DNA of 64,000 nt from Geminicoccus sp. (GTDB lineage: Bacteria; Pseudomonadota; Alphaproteobacteria; Geminicoccales; Geminicoccaceae). Location of the stretch: assembly GCF_035556675.1 (NCBI RefSeq), contig NZ_DATMFZ010000308.1, forward strand, positions 128-64,127, read 5' to 3'. Positions 24,577 to 34,551 of this stretch are shown here, in pieces. The position numbers and the translations under genes were made by a program. The notes below the pieces were generated by a model. That model saw only the letters and a list, made by a program, of their open reading frames with translations, did not search any database and was not told the origin of the DNA. Position 1 is the stretch's first letter; each line of letters starts with the position of its first letter.

Positions 24577-26517
24577 ATGCTGCGCGGCCGCCTCTTCAAC
24601 CTGATCTTTCCGCTGGCCGGCCTGTCGCTCCTGGCCGCTGTCATCCTGCTGTCCGGTAGCCTGGAGCCGGCCGATCTGGACGGCCCGACCCCGAACCTGT
24701 TCTTCTACCTGGCCATGGGTGCGTTCGGGCTGATCGGCGCGCTGCTCATGCTCCACCGCAGCAGCGCCACGATCCCGCCGCCCGCGCCCATGGAGCCGCG
24801 GCTGATCGCGGGTGGGACTGCATGGGACCATCATGTCGCAAACCTGCCGCTCGCGGTGATCCAGCTCGACTACCGCCACGGCCATCCGGGCCGGATCGCG
24901 GGCTGGAACCGTCAGGCCGAGCTGATCTTCGGCTGGCGGGCCGAGGAGGCGTGCGGACGGACCCTGGATGAGCTCCGGCTGATCCATGAGGCGGACCAGA
25001 ATCGGCGCCTGGCCATGTACGACGCGATCCGTGACCAGGCGGTGAGCTCGGCCCAAATCACGCTGCGGGCCTGCACCAGGGAACGCCGGATCCTCCACTG
25101 CGCCGCGCACGTGTCGGTTGCGCGCCACGACGACGGATCGCTGGATTCGATCCTGATCATGGTGGACGACATCAGCAGCCAGATTGCTACCCAGGCGGAG
25201 ATTACCCGTCTTGCCCATCATGATGCTCTCACCGGCCTGCCCAACCGGGCCCTGTTCAGCGACCGGCTGCGCCAGGCGTTGAGCCGGGCACGCAGGGACG
25301 GTGACAAGGTGGCCCTCATGCTGATCGATCTGGACGACTTCAAGCGGGTCAATGACAGCCACGGCCATGCCTGCGGCGACGCCCTGCTCCAGAACCTGGC
25401 CAGAACCCTGTCCGGCATGGTGCGTGAAACGGATTCTCCGGCGAGGCTCGGTGGCGACGAGTTCGCGCTGGTGCAGGTCGGGGTGACGGACCTGCAGGCG
25501 GTCGAGGCCCTGGCTACCCGGCTCGGCGACAGCCTGGCCCAGCCGTTCCACTGGGAGGGCCGGCACATCGAGACCTCGTGCAGCATCGGCGTGGCGATCT
25601 TCCCGGACGACGGTACGAGCGACGAAGAGCTGCTGCGGGCTGCCGACGTGGCCCTCTACCAGGGCAAGGCCGCCGGCCGGAACCGGCAGATGCGCTACCG
25701 GCGGGAGATGGACGAGGAACTCAGCCGCCGGCGCAGCATGCAGGCGAGGCTGCAGCAGGCAATCGACCAGGAGCGGCTCCAGCTCGTCTACCAGCCGATC
25801 CTGGCCATGCCCGATCTCGTCCCGGTCGCGGCGGAAGCCTTGTGCCGGTGGCATGATCGCGGCCAGGCGATCGCACCCTCCACCTTCGTGCCGCTCGCCG
25901 AAAGCTGCGGCCTGATCCGGCCACTCGGCCGCTGGGTGCTGCACACCGCCTGCCGGCAGGCCGCCAGCTGGGCGGAGCAGGGGCTGCAGCTGCGGGTCGC
26001 GGTCAATCTCGGCATCCCGGAGCTGCTGCAGCCGGAGCTGGTCGCCACGATCGAGGCAGCGCTGCACGAGAGCCGGCTGCCACCCTATCTCCTGCAGATC
26101 GAGATCAGCGAAGCGGCGGTGGGCGACCCTAGCCGGGAAGCCTTCATTGGCAGCCTGAATGACCTTTCGACCGCGGGCGTAGGCATCGCCATCAACGGGT
26201 TCGGGGCGGGCCGCATGCCGCTCGCCCGCCTGGCAGGCTTCCCGTTCGACACGATCAAGCTGGACGGCTCTCTGGTCGGCCGGATCGCCCAGGACCCGCG
26301 CACGCTGGCGATCGCGCGGGCCGTCGTGACCATGGCGCACGACCTTGGCCGGTGCGTCACCGCGGAGCGGGTGGAGACGGAGGAGCAGCTGGCCCGGCTG
26401 GTCGAGATCGGCTGCGACCAGGTCCAAGGGCACCTCCTGTCGCCGCCGCTGGCGGCAGCCGACGTGGCTGGCCGCCGCCTGCCGATCCTCAGACCGGGTC
26501 GGCGGTCAGCCCCGTAA
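24577..26517 (+). CDS. membrane-anchored PAS-GGDEF-EAL signalling protein
   Basis: I take the ATG at 24577, which follows GGGGAAG. There are two N-terminal TM segments and a PAS-like region. An intact RLGGDEFAL is followed by an EAL domain (EALCRW ... QIEISE ... AINGFGAG ... IKLD ... QG). Confidence 0.9.
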   Translation: MLRGRLFNLIFPLAGLSLLAAVILLSGSLEPADLDGPTPNLFFYLAMGAFGLIGALLMLHRSSATIPPPAPMEPRLIAGGTAWDHHVANLPLAVIQLDYRHGHPGRIAGWNRQAELIFGWRAEEACGRTLDELRLIHEADQNRRLAMYDAIRDQAVSSAQITLRACTRERRILHCAAHVSVARHDDGSLDSILIMVDDISSQIATQAEITRLAHHDALTGLPNRALFSDRLRQALSRARRDGDKVALMLIDLDDFKRVNDSHGHACGDALLQNLARTLSGMVRETDSPARLGGDEFALVQVGVTDLQAVEALATRLGDSLAQPFHWEGRHIETSCSIGVAIFPDDGTSDEELLRAADVALYQGKAAGRNRQMRYRREMDEELSRRRSMQARLQQAIDQERLQLVYQPILAMPDLVPVAAEALCRWHDRGQAIAPSTFVPLAESCGLIRPLGRWVLHTACRQAASWAEQGLQLRVAVNLGIPELLQPELVATIEAALHESRLPPYLLQIEISEAAVGDPSREAFIGSLNDLSTAGVGIAINGFGAGRMPLARLAGFPFDTIKLDGSLVGRIAQDPRTLAIARAVVTMAHDLGRCVTAERVETEEQLARLVEIGCDQVQGHLLSPPLAAADVAGRRLPILRPGRRSAP

Positions 26518-27865
26518 GCCCGGCCGCCCGCATCGCCGTGTCCTGGCGCCTGGCCAGCGCCGCCTCGTCGAAGTCGCCGATCAGGTCGACGAACAGCCGG
26601 TACCAGTTGATGTTGGCCTTGAGGTGCATGAACACCGAGCCCAGGCCTACCGCAGCACGGTCCATGAACACGAACTCGCGCGGCGGCGTGACCCCGCCCA
26701 GCTCGCGCAGCCTCTGGTGGACCTTCTGCGCCACCTCGCGGCCATACTGGCCGCTATTGGTCTGCTGGATCAGGCGCGGCTCGTCCTGCATCAATGGGCC
26801 ATACAGGAAGCCGGCCCACTCGTTGAGCACGTCGATCATCTCGTTCGACAGGCCGCGGAAGCCCCAGCGCTCATAGGCGGAGACGGCGAGGTCGCGGTCG
26901 CCCCTGGCCAGCGCCCAGTAGAGGTCGGTGACACCCTTGACGAAGGAGGGCGGAAACACCCGGACGCAGCCGAAGTCGAGCAGGTTGACGCCCAGGTCGC
27001 TGCGCACCGTGTAGTTGCCGGGATGCGGGTCGCCATGGATCACGCCCACCCGGTAGAACGGGATGTACCAGGCGCGGAACATCGCGATCGCGATCTGGTT
27101 GCGCGTCTCCTGGTCGGCCGAGCGGAACTCCATCAGGGGCCGACCGGTCAGCCAGCCCATGGTCAGGAGCCGGCGGGTCGAGAGCTCCGGCACCACCTCG
27201 GGCACCGAGACCTGCGGCTCGTCGGTCAGGATATGGTCGTAGAGCGCGATGTGGCGCGCTTCGCGCTCATAATCGACCTCCTCGCGCAGCCGCTCGGCGA
27301 TCTCCTCGTAGATCCGGCTCGTGTCGATCGCCTTGTCCCAGCGCCGATAGACCGCGAACAGGATCTTGAGCTGGGCGAGGTCGGCATCCACCGCCGATTC
27401 GATGTTGGGATACTGCAGCTTGCAGGCGACCACCTTGCCATCCTGCAGGGTGGCGCGATGCACCTGGCCCAGCGAGGCGGCGGCAGCCGCCTCCAGGTCG
27501 AACTCGGCAAAGCGGCTGCGCCAGTCCGGCCCTAGTTCGCTCGCCATCCGCCGGCGCACGAACGGCTTGCCCATCGGCGGCGCGGAGGCCTGCAGCTTGG
27601 CCAGCTCCTCGGCATATTCCGGGGGCAGGGCATCCGGGATGGTCGCCAGCATCTGCGCGACCTTCATGAGCGGGCCCTTCAGCCCGCCCAGCGCCTGGCG
27701 CAGGTCATTGGCATGGGCACCCCGGTCGGTCTGCCGGCTGAGGAAGCGGTTGCTGGCGATCCGCGCAGCCTGGCCGGCCACCGAGCCGCCCACCTGGGCA
27801 TAGCGGGCGACCCGTCCGGTCAGGCTGTTCTCGGACCGCGGGGCGGGCTTAAGCGGTCGGCTCAT
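26489..27865 (-). CDS. ABC1/AarF/UbiB-family atypical kinase
   Basis: GPLMKVAQMLATIPDALPPEY, AAASLGQVHRA, VACKLQYP and IHGDPHPGN are present. Confidence 0.9.
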   Translation of the reverse strand: MSRPLKPAPRSENSLTGRVARYAQVGGSVAGQAARIASNRFLSRQTDRGAHANDLRQALGGLKGPLMKVAQMLATIPDALPPEYAEELAKLQASAPPMGKPFVRRRMASELGPDWRSRFAEFDLEAAAAASLGQVHRATLQDGKVVACKLQYPNIESAVDADLAQLKILFAVYRRWDKAIDTSRIYEEIAERLREEVDYEREARHIALYDHILTDEPQVSVPEVVPELSTRRLLTMGWLTGRPLMEFRSADQETRNQIAIAMFRAWYIPFYRVGVIHGDPHPGNYTVRSDLGVNLLDFGCVRVFPPSFVKGVTDLYWALARGDRDLAVSAYERWGFRGLSNEMIDVLNEWAGFLYGPLMQDEPRLIQQTNSGQYGREVAQKVHQRLRELGGVTPPREFVFMDRAAVGLGSVFMHLKANINWYRLFVDLIGDFDEAALARRQDTAMRAAGLTGLTADPV

Positions 27866-29711
27866 CGGCGATATCCGCCTCCTTCAGTTCCACGGCAAGC
27901 TGGTCGATCAGCTTCTCCAGCACGCTCAGGCCCTTGCTCCAGAAATCCGGGTCCGTGGCATCAAGACCGAACGGCGCCAGCAGTTCCTTGTGGCGCAGCG
28001 TCCCACCCGCAGAAAGCAGCTCCAGGTATTTCGGCTCGAACCCGTCCGGGTTCTGCTGGTAGACCGCGTAGAGCGAGTTCACCATGCAGTCGCCGAACGC
28101 ATAGGCATAGACATAGAACGGCACATGGATGAAGTGCGGGATGTAGGACCAGAAGGTCTGATAGTCCTCGCGGAAGCGGAAGACCGGCCCCAGGCTCTCG
28201 ACCTGCACCTCCATCCAGATCTTGCATAGTTCCGCCGGCGTCAGCTCGGCCTCACGCCGTGCATCATGCACCCGCCGCTCGAACTCGACGAAGGCGATCT
28301 GCCGGACGACCGTGTTGATCATGTCCTCGATCTTGCCGGCCAGCAGCACGCGGCGCTCCGCCGGGTCGGTCGTGCCGGCGAGCAGGGCCTGGAAGGTGAG
28401 CTGCTCGCCGAACACCGAGGCGGTCTCGGCGAGCGTCAGGGGCGTGCTCGCCATCAGCGGCCCATGCTTGGCCGCCAGCACCTGATGGACGCCGTGGCCC
28501 AGCTCGTGCGCCAGCGTCATCACGTCCCGCGGCCGGCCCTGGTAGTTCATCAGGACATAGGGATGCACCGAGGTCGTGGTCGGGTGGCAGAAGGCACCGC
28601 TGTCCTTGCCCGCGCGGAGCTGTGCGTCGATCCAGCCCTTCTCGAAGAAATCGGTCACGATCCCGGCGAGCTTCGGCGAGAAGCGGCCATAGGCATCGGT
28701 CACCAGGTCCCGCGCCTGCGTCCAGGGCAGCCGCGCGTCGGATTCTTCCGGCAACGGCGCGTTGCGGTCCCAGTATTCCAGATGATCCAGGCCCAGCCAC
28801 TTCGCCTTCAGCGCATAGTAGCGGTGCGACAGCCGGGGATAGCTCGCCCGCACCGCGCCGATCAGGGCGTCGACCACCTCGTCCTCGACATGGTTGGCGA
28901 GGTTGCGCGAGCTGATCGGGCGCGGAAACTTTCGCCAGCCGTCCTCGATCTGCTTGTCCTTGGCCAGCGTGTTGGTGATCCGGGCGAACAGCTTCTGGTT
29001 CTTCGCCAGCACCTCGCCGATCGACGTCGCTGCCTTCTCCCGCACCCCGCGGTCCTTGGACGACAGCTTGTCGAAGATCTCCTGACTGGTGAGGTCCTGG
29101 CCGTCGAAGGGGAAGCGCAAGGCGGCCAGGGTTTCGTCGAACAGGCGCACCCAGGCCGAGCGGCCGGTGACATGCTTTTCCAGCAGCACCTTCTCGACTG
29201 CGTCCTCCAGCTGGTGCTCGCGCCAGGCGCGGGTATCGCGCAGCCAGGGCCGGAAGCGCGCCAGCCGTGAGGAGCCCTCGAGCTTGGCCTGGAGGTCGCC
29301 CTCCTCGATCTTGTTGACCTCCAGGGTCACGAACAGGGTGGTCGACGAGACCACCGTGATCTGCTCCTGGATGCCTTGGTAGAACCGGCCGATCTCGGCA
29401 TCGTCACGGTCCGCGGCGAACAGGAGCGAGGCGAACGAGGCCAGCCGGCCCAGCCGGTCGTCCAGCGCTTCGTACGCCTCCAGCAGGTCCGCCAGCCCGT
29501 CACCGCTCAACCCCGCGACCTTGCCCTGCCAGCTCGCAGCGATCCGCTCGGCTTCCGCCTTGACCGCCGCCAGGTCGGCAGCGATCCGGGGGTCGGCACG
29601 GTCGGCATAGAGGTCGGTCAGGTCCCAGGCCGGTCCCTGCTGCTCATGCGGCAGGCCACCCGCCGCCACCTGTTCGCGATCCGCCAGCCGATCCACCCGA
29701 ATAGACAGCAC
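27849..29711 (-). CDS. pepF: M3-family oligoendopeptidase F
   Basis: The product is 620 aa. WDLTDLY lies near the N-terminus and HELGHGVH is the zinc motif. Confidence 0.9.
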   Translation of the reverse strand: MLSIRVDRLADREQVAAGGLPHEQQGPAWDLTDLYADRADPRIAADLAAVKAEAERIAASWQGKVAGLSGDGLADLLEAYEALDDRLGRLASFASLLFAADRDDAEIGRFYQGIQEQITVVSSTTLFVTLEVNKIEEGDLQAKLEGSSRLARFRPWLRDTRAWREHQLEDAVEKVLLEKHVTGRSAWVRLFDETLAALRFPFDGQDLTSQEIFDKLSSKDRGVREKAATSIGEVLAKNQKLFARITNTLAKDKQIEDGWRKFPRPISSRNLANHVEDEVVDALIGAVRASYPRLSHRYYALKAKWLGLDHLEYWDRNAPLPEESDARLPWTQARDLVTDAYGRFSPKLAGIVTDFFEKGWIDAQLRAGKDSGAFCHPTTTSVHPYVLMNYQGRPRDVMTLAHELGHGVHQVLAAKHGPLMASTPLTLAETASVFGEQLTFQALLAGTTDPAERRVLLAGKIEDMINTVVRQIAFVEFERRVHDARREAELTPAELCKIWMEVQVESLGPVFRFREDYQTFWSYIPHFIHVPFYVYAYAFGDCMVNSLYAVYQQNPDGFEPKYLELLSAGGTLRHKELLAPFGLDATDPDFWSKGLSVLEKLIDQLAVELKEADIADEPTA

Positions 29712-29806
29712 ACCTGTTCTCCCTTACGCGCGTGAAGGAGATATGGGGACGGACCGGCGCAATGCACTGCCGGGGGCCGAACGAGAACGGGAAGGGGGGG
29801 AGGCGC

Positions 29807-31585
29807 TTGACGGAGCTTGGCCGCAACCTGGTCGAGATGTTCCAGAGGACCGTCCGGCGCAAGGGCGACCGACCCTTCCTCTGGGCCAAGCGGGAGGGCA
29901 CCTATCGGCCGCAGAGCTATGCCGCGGTCGCGGCCGACGTTCAGGATCTGGCCCGTGCCCTAGCCCAGCTCGGCCTCGAGCGGGGCGACCGGGTGCTGCT
30001 CGTGTCGGAGAACCGCCCGGAATGGTGCATCGCCGACCTGGCGATCATCACCGCGGGTGGCATCACCGTGCCGGCCTACACCACCAACACGGTCGACGAT
30101 CATGCCTACCTGCTGGCGCATAGTGAAGCGAAGCTGGTGATCTGCTCCGGCCGCAACCTCGCGCAGCGGCTGCTCCCGGCGATCACCCGGACAGAGGGGC
30201 AGGCCAGCACCGTCCTGTTCATGGAGCCTCTGGCGGGCGTGGATGCGCTGCCGGTCACGGCGGTCTCCTGGCAGGACGCGCTGGCGCTGGGCCGGCGCTC
30301 GCCGGCGCTGCCCGACGTGCCGGACCTGGACGAGGACGAAGTCACCTGCCTGATCTACACGAGCGGCACCGGCGGGCGGCCCAAGGGCGTCATGCTCACC
30401 CATCGCAACATCATGGCGAACGTCCTCGGTGCCCATGACCTCCTGGTGCGCATCGGGCTCGGCGACGAGGTGTTCCTGTCCTTCCTGCCGCTCTCGCACA
30501 GCTACGAGCACACGGCCGGCCAGTTCCTGCCGATCGCCCTGGGCGCGGAGATCTACTACGCCGAGGGGACGGAGACGATCCGCACCAACCTCCTGGAAGC
30601 GCGGCCGACCATCATGACCTGCGTGCCCAGGCTCTACGAGGTCCTGCGCCAGCGGATCAGCATGGAGGTCCAGCGCCAGGGCGGGCTCAAGGCCCGGCTG
30701 TTCGGCAAGACCCAGGAACTCGGCGGCAGGCGCTACCGGAACGGTCGGCTCAACCCGATCGAGCAGGTCATGGACCGGATCCTCGACCGCCTGGTGCGCG
30801 ACAAGATCCGCGCCCGCTTCGGTGGCCGGCTCAAGGCGCTGGTGAGCGGTGGCGCACCCTTGAACCAGGAAGTCGGCCTGTTCTTCCAGTCCCTGGGCCT
30901 GCCGATCCTGCAGGGCTACGGGCAGACCGAAGCCTCGCCGGTGATTTCGGTGAACCCGCCGGGTGCCGTGCGCCTGGATACGGTCGGCCCGCCGCTGAAG
31001 GGCGTGACCGTCCGGATCGCCGAGGACGGCGAGATCCTGGTCAGCGGCGACATGGTGATGAAGGGCTACTGGAAGGACGAGGAGGCGACCCGGCACGCCT
31101 TGCGCGACGGCTGGCTGCATACCGGCGACATCGGCCAGCTCGAGTCGGACGGCTATCTCAAGATCACCGACCGCAAGAAGGACATCATCGTCGTTTCCGG
31201 GGGTGACAATGTCAGCCCGCAGCGGGTGGAAGGGATCCTCGGACTCAGTCCGGAAATCGGCCAGGTCGTGATCTATGGCGACGGCAAGCCCTATCTGGTG
31301 GCGCTGATCGTGCCGGACACGGACTTCATGAAGCGCTTCGCCAAGGAGCACGGCCAGAAGCTGGAGCCGGCCGCCCTGGTGCGCGACGAGAAGTTCCGCC
31401 AGGCCATGGCGGACGCCATGAAGCAGGCCAATGCCGGCCTGTCCCCCATCGAGCGGATCCGGCGCTGGCAGCTCCTGCACGAGCCGTTCACTACCGAGAA
31501 CGGCCTGATGACGCCCAGTCTGAAGCTGCGCCGCTCGCTGATCTACGCCCGGTACGAGGCGCAGATCGCCGACCTCTACGACTGA
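29807..31585 (+). CDS. long-chain-fatty-acid--CoA ligase (AMP-dependent synthetase/ligase)
   Basis: LIYTSGTGGRPKGVMLTHRN is the AMP-binding motif. GYGQTE, TGDIG and KLRR are also present. The start is uncertain: TTG 29807 follows GGAGG, and ATG 29837 or ATG 29732 are alternatives. Confidence 0.9.
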   Translation: MTELGRNLVEMFQRTVRRKGDRPFLWAKREGTYRPQSYAAVAADVQDLARALAQLGLERGDRVLLVSENRPEWCIADLAIITAGGITVPAYTTNTVDDHAYLLAHSEAKLVICSGRNLAQRLLPAITRTEGQASTVLFMEPLAGVDALPVTAVSWQDALALGRRSPALPDVPDLDEDEVTCLIYTSGTGGRPKGVMLTHRNIMANVLGAHDLLVRIGLGDEVFLSFLPLSHSYEHTAGQFLPIALGAEIYYAEGTETIRTNLLEARPTIMTCVPRLYEVLRQRISMEVQRQGGLKARLFGKTQELGGRRYRNGRLNPIEQVMDRILDRLVRDKIRARFGGRLKALVSGGAPLNQEVGLFFQSLGLPILQGYGQTEASPVISVNPPGAVRLDTVGPPLKGVTVRIAEDGEILVSGDMVMKGYWKDEEATRHALRDGWLHTGDIGQLESDGYLKITDRKKDIIVVSGGDNVSPQRVEGILGLSPEIGQVVIYGDGKPYLVALIVPDTDFMKRFAKEHGQKLEPAALVRDEKFRQAMADAMKQANAGLSPIERIRRWQLLHEPFTTENGLMTPSLKLRRSLIYARYEAQIADLYD

Positions 31586-32013
31586 GGCCCGAGCCTCGCA
31601 GCATAAGCCTCCCGCCCGGCAAGCCGTGTCGAGCGGGCGAGGCCCAGATGCTGCAGCTCCACGAAGGCCAGAGCGATCCATGCCTCCGCGCAGATCACCA
31701 GAACGCCAGCCAGGTTGGGCGTCAGCATCGCCAGGGCCAGCGGCAGGATGCTCAGGAAGGCGAAGGCGGCGTTGCCGCCCATCAGCAGCCAGACCGCGCT
31801 CTCCGCGAGGCTGCCGCGGCCGGCCAACCACAAGCCCAGGACCGCCTGGGCCAGCAGGTACAGGCCGGCAGCACTGATCGTCATGGCGGGAAGGCGCAGC
31901 CAGTCGCCGAGCATGGCAGGCAGCAGGGTCGCCACGCTGCCGGCCAGCAGGTTGCCGGCAGCACCGGCCACGAGGACGCGGCGCAGGAAGCAGGACGGCA
32001 CGATCCGGGTCAT
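31576..32013 (-). CDS. small 4-TM membrane protein, unknown function
   Basis: I take the internal ATG at 32013 of ORF 31576..32085. MTRIVPSCFLRRVLVAGAAGNLLAG... is strongly hydrophobic. It is divergent from the XRE regulator gene. Confidence 0.5.
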   Translation of the reverse strand: MTRIVPSCFLRRVLVAGAAGNLLAGSVATLLPAMLGDWLRLPAMTISAAGLYLLAQAVLGLWLAGRGSLAESAVWLLMGGNAAFAFLSILPLALAMLTPNLAGVLVICAEAWIALAFVELQHLGLARSTRLAGREAYAARLGPQS

Positions 32014-32119
32014 GGCGGTACTCCGGTGGATGGCCAGCCGAACCTGCACCTCTGCCGGCATCCGGTCGATTACCTGGCAGGTCATGGCGCCACCTCGCCG
32101 GCAGCGCTAGGACAGGGTC

Positions 32120-32917
32120 ATGACGACCCCCCAGAGCATCGGCGATCTCCTGAAGACGTGGCGCCAGCGCCGCCGGCTGAGCCAGCTGGAGCTGGCCCTG
32201 GAGGCGGAGGTATCGGCACGGCATCTGAGCTTCCTGGAGACCGGCCGCGCCCAGCCCAGCCGCGAGATGATCCTGCAGCTGGCCGAATCGCTGGAGGTGC
32301 CGCTGCGCGAGCGCAACGTCATGCTGGTGGCGGCGGGCTTCGCCCCGATGTTCCCCGAGCGCCGGCTCGATGACCCGGAGCTGACGGCGGCGCGCGAGGT
32401 GGTCGCCACCATCCTGACGGGCCACGAGCCCCATCCAGCCCTGGCGGTGGACCGGCACTGGCAGATCCTGGCGCACAACCGGGCGATCCCGCCGCTCCTG
32501 GAGGGCGTGAGCCCGGCCCTCCTGGAGCCGCCGGTGAACGCCCTGCGCCTGGCCCTTCATCCGGAGGGGCTGGCCCCGCGGATCGGCAACTTCCTGGAAT
32601 GGCGCGCCCATCTGCTGTCGCGCCTGCACCGCCAGCTGGAACTCACCGCCGATCCGGAACTGGGCCGGCTCTTCGAGGAGCTGGCCGCCTATCCCCACCA
32701 GGGGGTCGGCCCGCAGCGGGGCACCACCGCCGCGCACGAGCCGGGCATCGCGGTGGCACTGCACCTTGCGACCAGCCACGGCCCGCTCGCCTTCATCAGC
32801 ACCACCACCGTGTTCGGCACACCTTTGGATGTGACCCTGGCCGAGCTGGCGCTGGAGACGTTCTTCCCGGCGGACGCCGAGACCGCTGCAATCATGCGGC
32901 GGCTGGTGGCGGGCTAG
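32120..32917 (+). CDS. XRE-family helix-turn-helix transcriptional regulator (MmyB-like)
   Basis: IGDLLKTWRQRRRLSQLELALEAEVSARHLSFLETGRAQPSREMILQLAESLEV is an HTH_31-type N-terminus. An MmyB-like C-terminal domain follows. Confidence 0.85.
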   Translation: MTTPQSIGDLLKTWRQRRRLSQLELALEAEVSARHLSFLETGRAQPSREMILQLAESLEVPLRERNVMLVAAGFAPMFPERRLDDPELTAAREVVATILTGHEPHPALAVDRHWQILAHNRAIPPLLEGVSPALLEPPVNALRLALHPEGLAPRIGNFLEWRAHLLSRLHRQLELTADPELGRLFEELAAYPHQGVGPQRGTTAAHEPGIAVALHLATSHGPLAFISTTTVFGTPLDVTLAELALETFFPADAETAAIMRRLVAG

Positions 32918-33630
32918 ACCGGCCTGGCCTTCAGCCAGAGGAACATCGGCACCCGGGCGGACTGGACGAGGCGTGGCGCCACCGCGAGGTCGGGCAGCGG
33001 CTCGCGCAGGCTGGTAATGGCCAGCCCGGCCTGCTCCAGGGCAGCGGCATAGCTTTCCAGCGGCTGCGACCAGCCGGCGAAATGCATCTCCTTGCCGTCC
33101 CGCTCCTCGATCCCGTCGAAGCGCACCCGGCCGAAATAGCTGCCCTTCAGCACGAAATCCGCCTCTGGCTCTGGCCCGGCGAAGCGGCCGCGATCGCGAA
33201 ATGGATGCACGATCGAGGCGATCAGCTGCCCCGATGGCCGCAGCACGCGCCGGACCTCGCGCAGCACCGCCGCCATGTCCGCCACGTCCATCAGCACGTT
33301 GTAGGCCATCACCCGGTCGAAGCTCGCCGCGGCGAACGGCAGGGCGGCGGCATCGGCGACCAGATGGCGCTCGGCGGACCGGGCGGCCGCCGCGGCCTCG
33401 ACCATGGCCGGCACCGCATCCGTGGCGGTGACCCGATAGCCCAGCGCCGTCAAAGTACGGGCAACTCGCCCCTCGCCGCAGCCGATTTCCAGGACCTCAT
33501 CCTGTCCAGGTCCGATGAAGTCGCGCAGCGCCGGAAGATAGGCCCAGAAGGCATCATGACCCGGCGTGCCGGCCCAGCTGATCCACTGCCGCGCGACCCG
33601 GTGCCAGTGGCGGCGGTCCTGGTCGGTCAT
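32914..33630 (-). CDS. class I SAM-dependent methyltransferase
   Basis: VLEIGCGEGRVARTL is motif I and FDRVMAYNVLMD is motif II/III. Confidence 0.85.
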   Translation of the reverse strand: MTDQDRRHWHRVARQWISWAGTPGHDAFWAYLPALRDFIGPGQDEVLEIGCGEGRVARTLTALGYRVTATDAVPAMVEAAAAARSAERHLVADAAALPFAAASFDRVMAYNVLMDVADMAAVLREVRRVLRPSGQLIASIVHPFRDRGRFAGPEPEADFVLKGSYFGRVRFDGIEERDGKEMHFAGWSQPLESYAAALEQAGLAITSLREPLPDLAVAPRLVQSARVPMFLWLKARPV

Positions 33631-33645
33631 AGACGGTCGCAGGCC

Positions 33646-34551
33646 TCAGCCTTCCTCGCCGCCCACCAGCCCCAGGAACCGGTCGAGCTGGTCGAGCGTG
33701 CGCCAGCGCACCACCAGTTCGCCACCATCCTTCTTCTGCCGGATCGCGATCGGCAGGCCGAAGCGTCGGGATAGCCGCTCCTCGAACGCCTTCACGTCGG
33801 CATCCACGGCGGGACGGTCGACAGACTTGGCCGGCTTGGCTGTCTGCTGACGACGCACCAGATCTTCCGTCTGCCGGACATTCAGCCCGTCGCGGACGAC
33901 GATCTCGGCCAGTGCTGCCGGATCGGCCGCCCCCAGCAGCGCCCGGGCATGACCGGCGCTGATCTTCTCCTGGTCGAGCAGGTGCCGTACCGGCTCGGGC
34001 AGGCCCAGCAGTCGGATGGTATTGGCGACATGGCTGCGGCTGCGGCCGAGCGCGCTGGCAATGTCCTCCTGGGTATGGCCGAACTCGTCGGCCAGCCGCC
34101 GATAGGCATCGGCCTCTTCCAGCGGGGTGAGGTCCTTGCGCTGGACGTTCTCGACCAGCGCGATCTCCAGCGTCTCCTGCTCGCCCAGCTCGCGGACCAG
34201 TACCGGGACCTCGGCCAGCCCGGCGCGCTGCGCCGCCCGCCAGCGCCGCTCCCCGGCGACGATCTCGAACCCGTCAGCCCGGCCGGCCGGGCGCACCAGC
34301 AGCGGCTGGAGCAGGCCGTGCCGGCGCATCGAATCCGCCAGCAGCTCCAGTTCGTCCTCGTCGAACCCGCGCCGCGGCTGGTGGCGCGACGGCGAGAGCT
34401 GCTCGATCGGCACCAGCCTGGCACCCTTGGGCGCCGGCTTGGCCGCCTGCGGCTCGCTGTCGAGAATCGTGCCGGCATCCTCGCCGAGCAGGGCGGAGAG
34501 CCCCATGCCCAGCCCACGCCGCCTGCCAGGCGTCTGATCGGAATGCTTCAC
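33646..34551 (-). CDS. parB: chromosome partitioning protein ParB
   Basis: GLGMGLSALLGE, the LVRP...FEIVAGERRWRAA ParB box and the HTH SALGRSRSHVANTIRLL are present. The GTG start overlaps the parA stop (GTGA). Confidence 0.95.
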   Translation of the reverse strand: MKHSDQTPGRRRGLGMGLSALLGEDAGTILDSEPQAAKPAPKGARLVPIEQLSPSRHQPRRGFDEDELELLADSMRRHGLLQPLLVRPAGRADGFEIVAGERRWRAAQRAGLAEVPVLVRELGEQETLEIALVENVQRKDLTPLEEADAYRRLADEFGHTQEDIASALGRSRSHVANTIRLLGLPEPVRHLLDQEKISAGHARALLGAADPAALAEIVVRDGLNVRQTEDLVRRQQTAKPAKSVDRPAVDADVKAFEERLSRRFGLPIAIRQKKDGGELVVRWRTLDQLDRFLGLVGGEEG

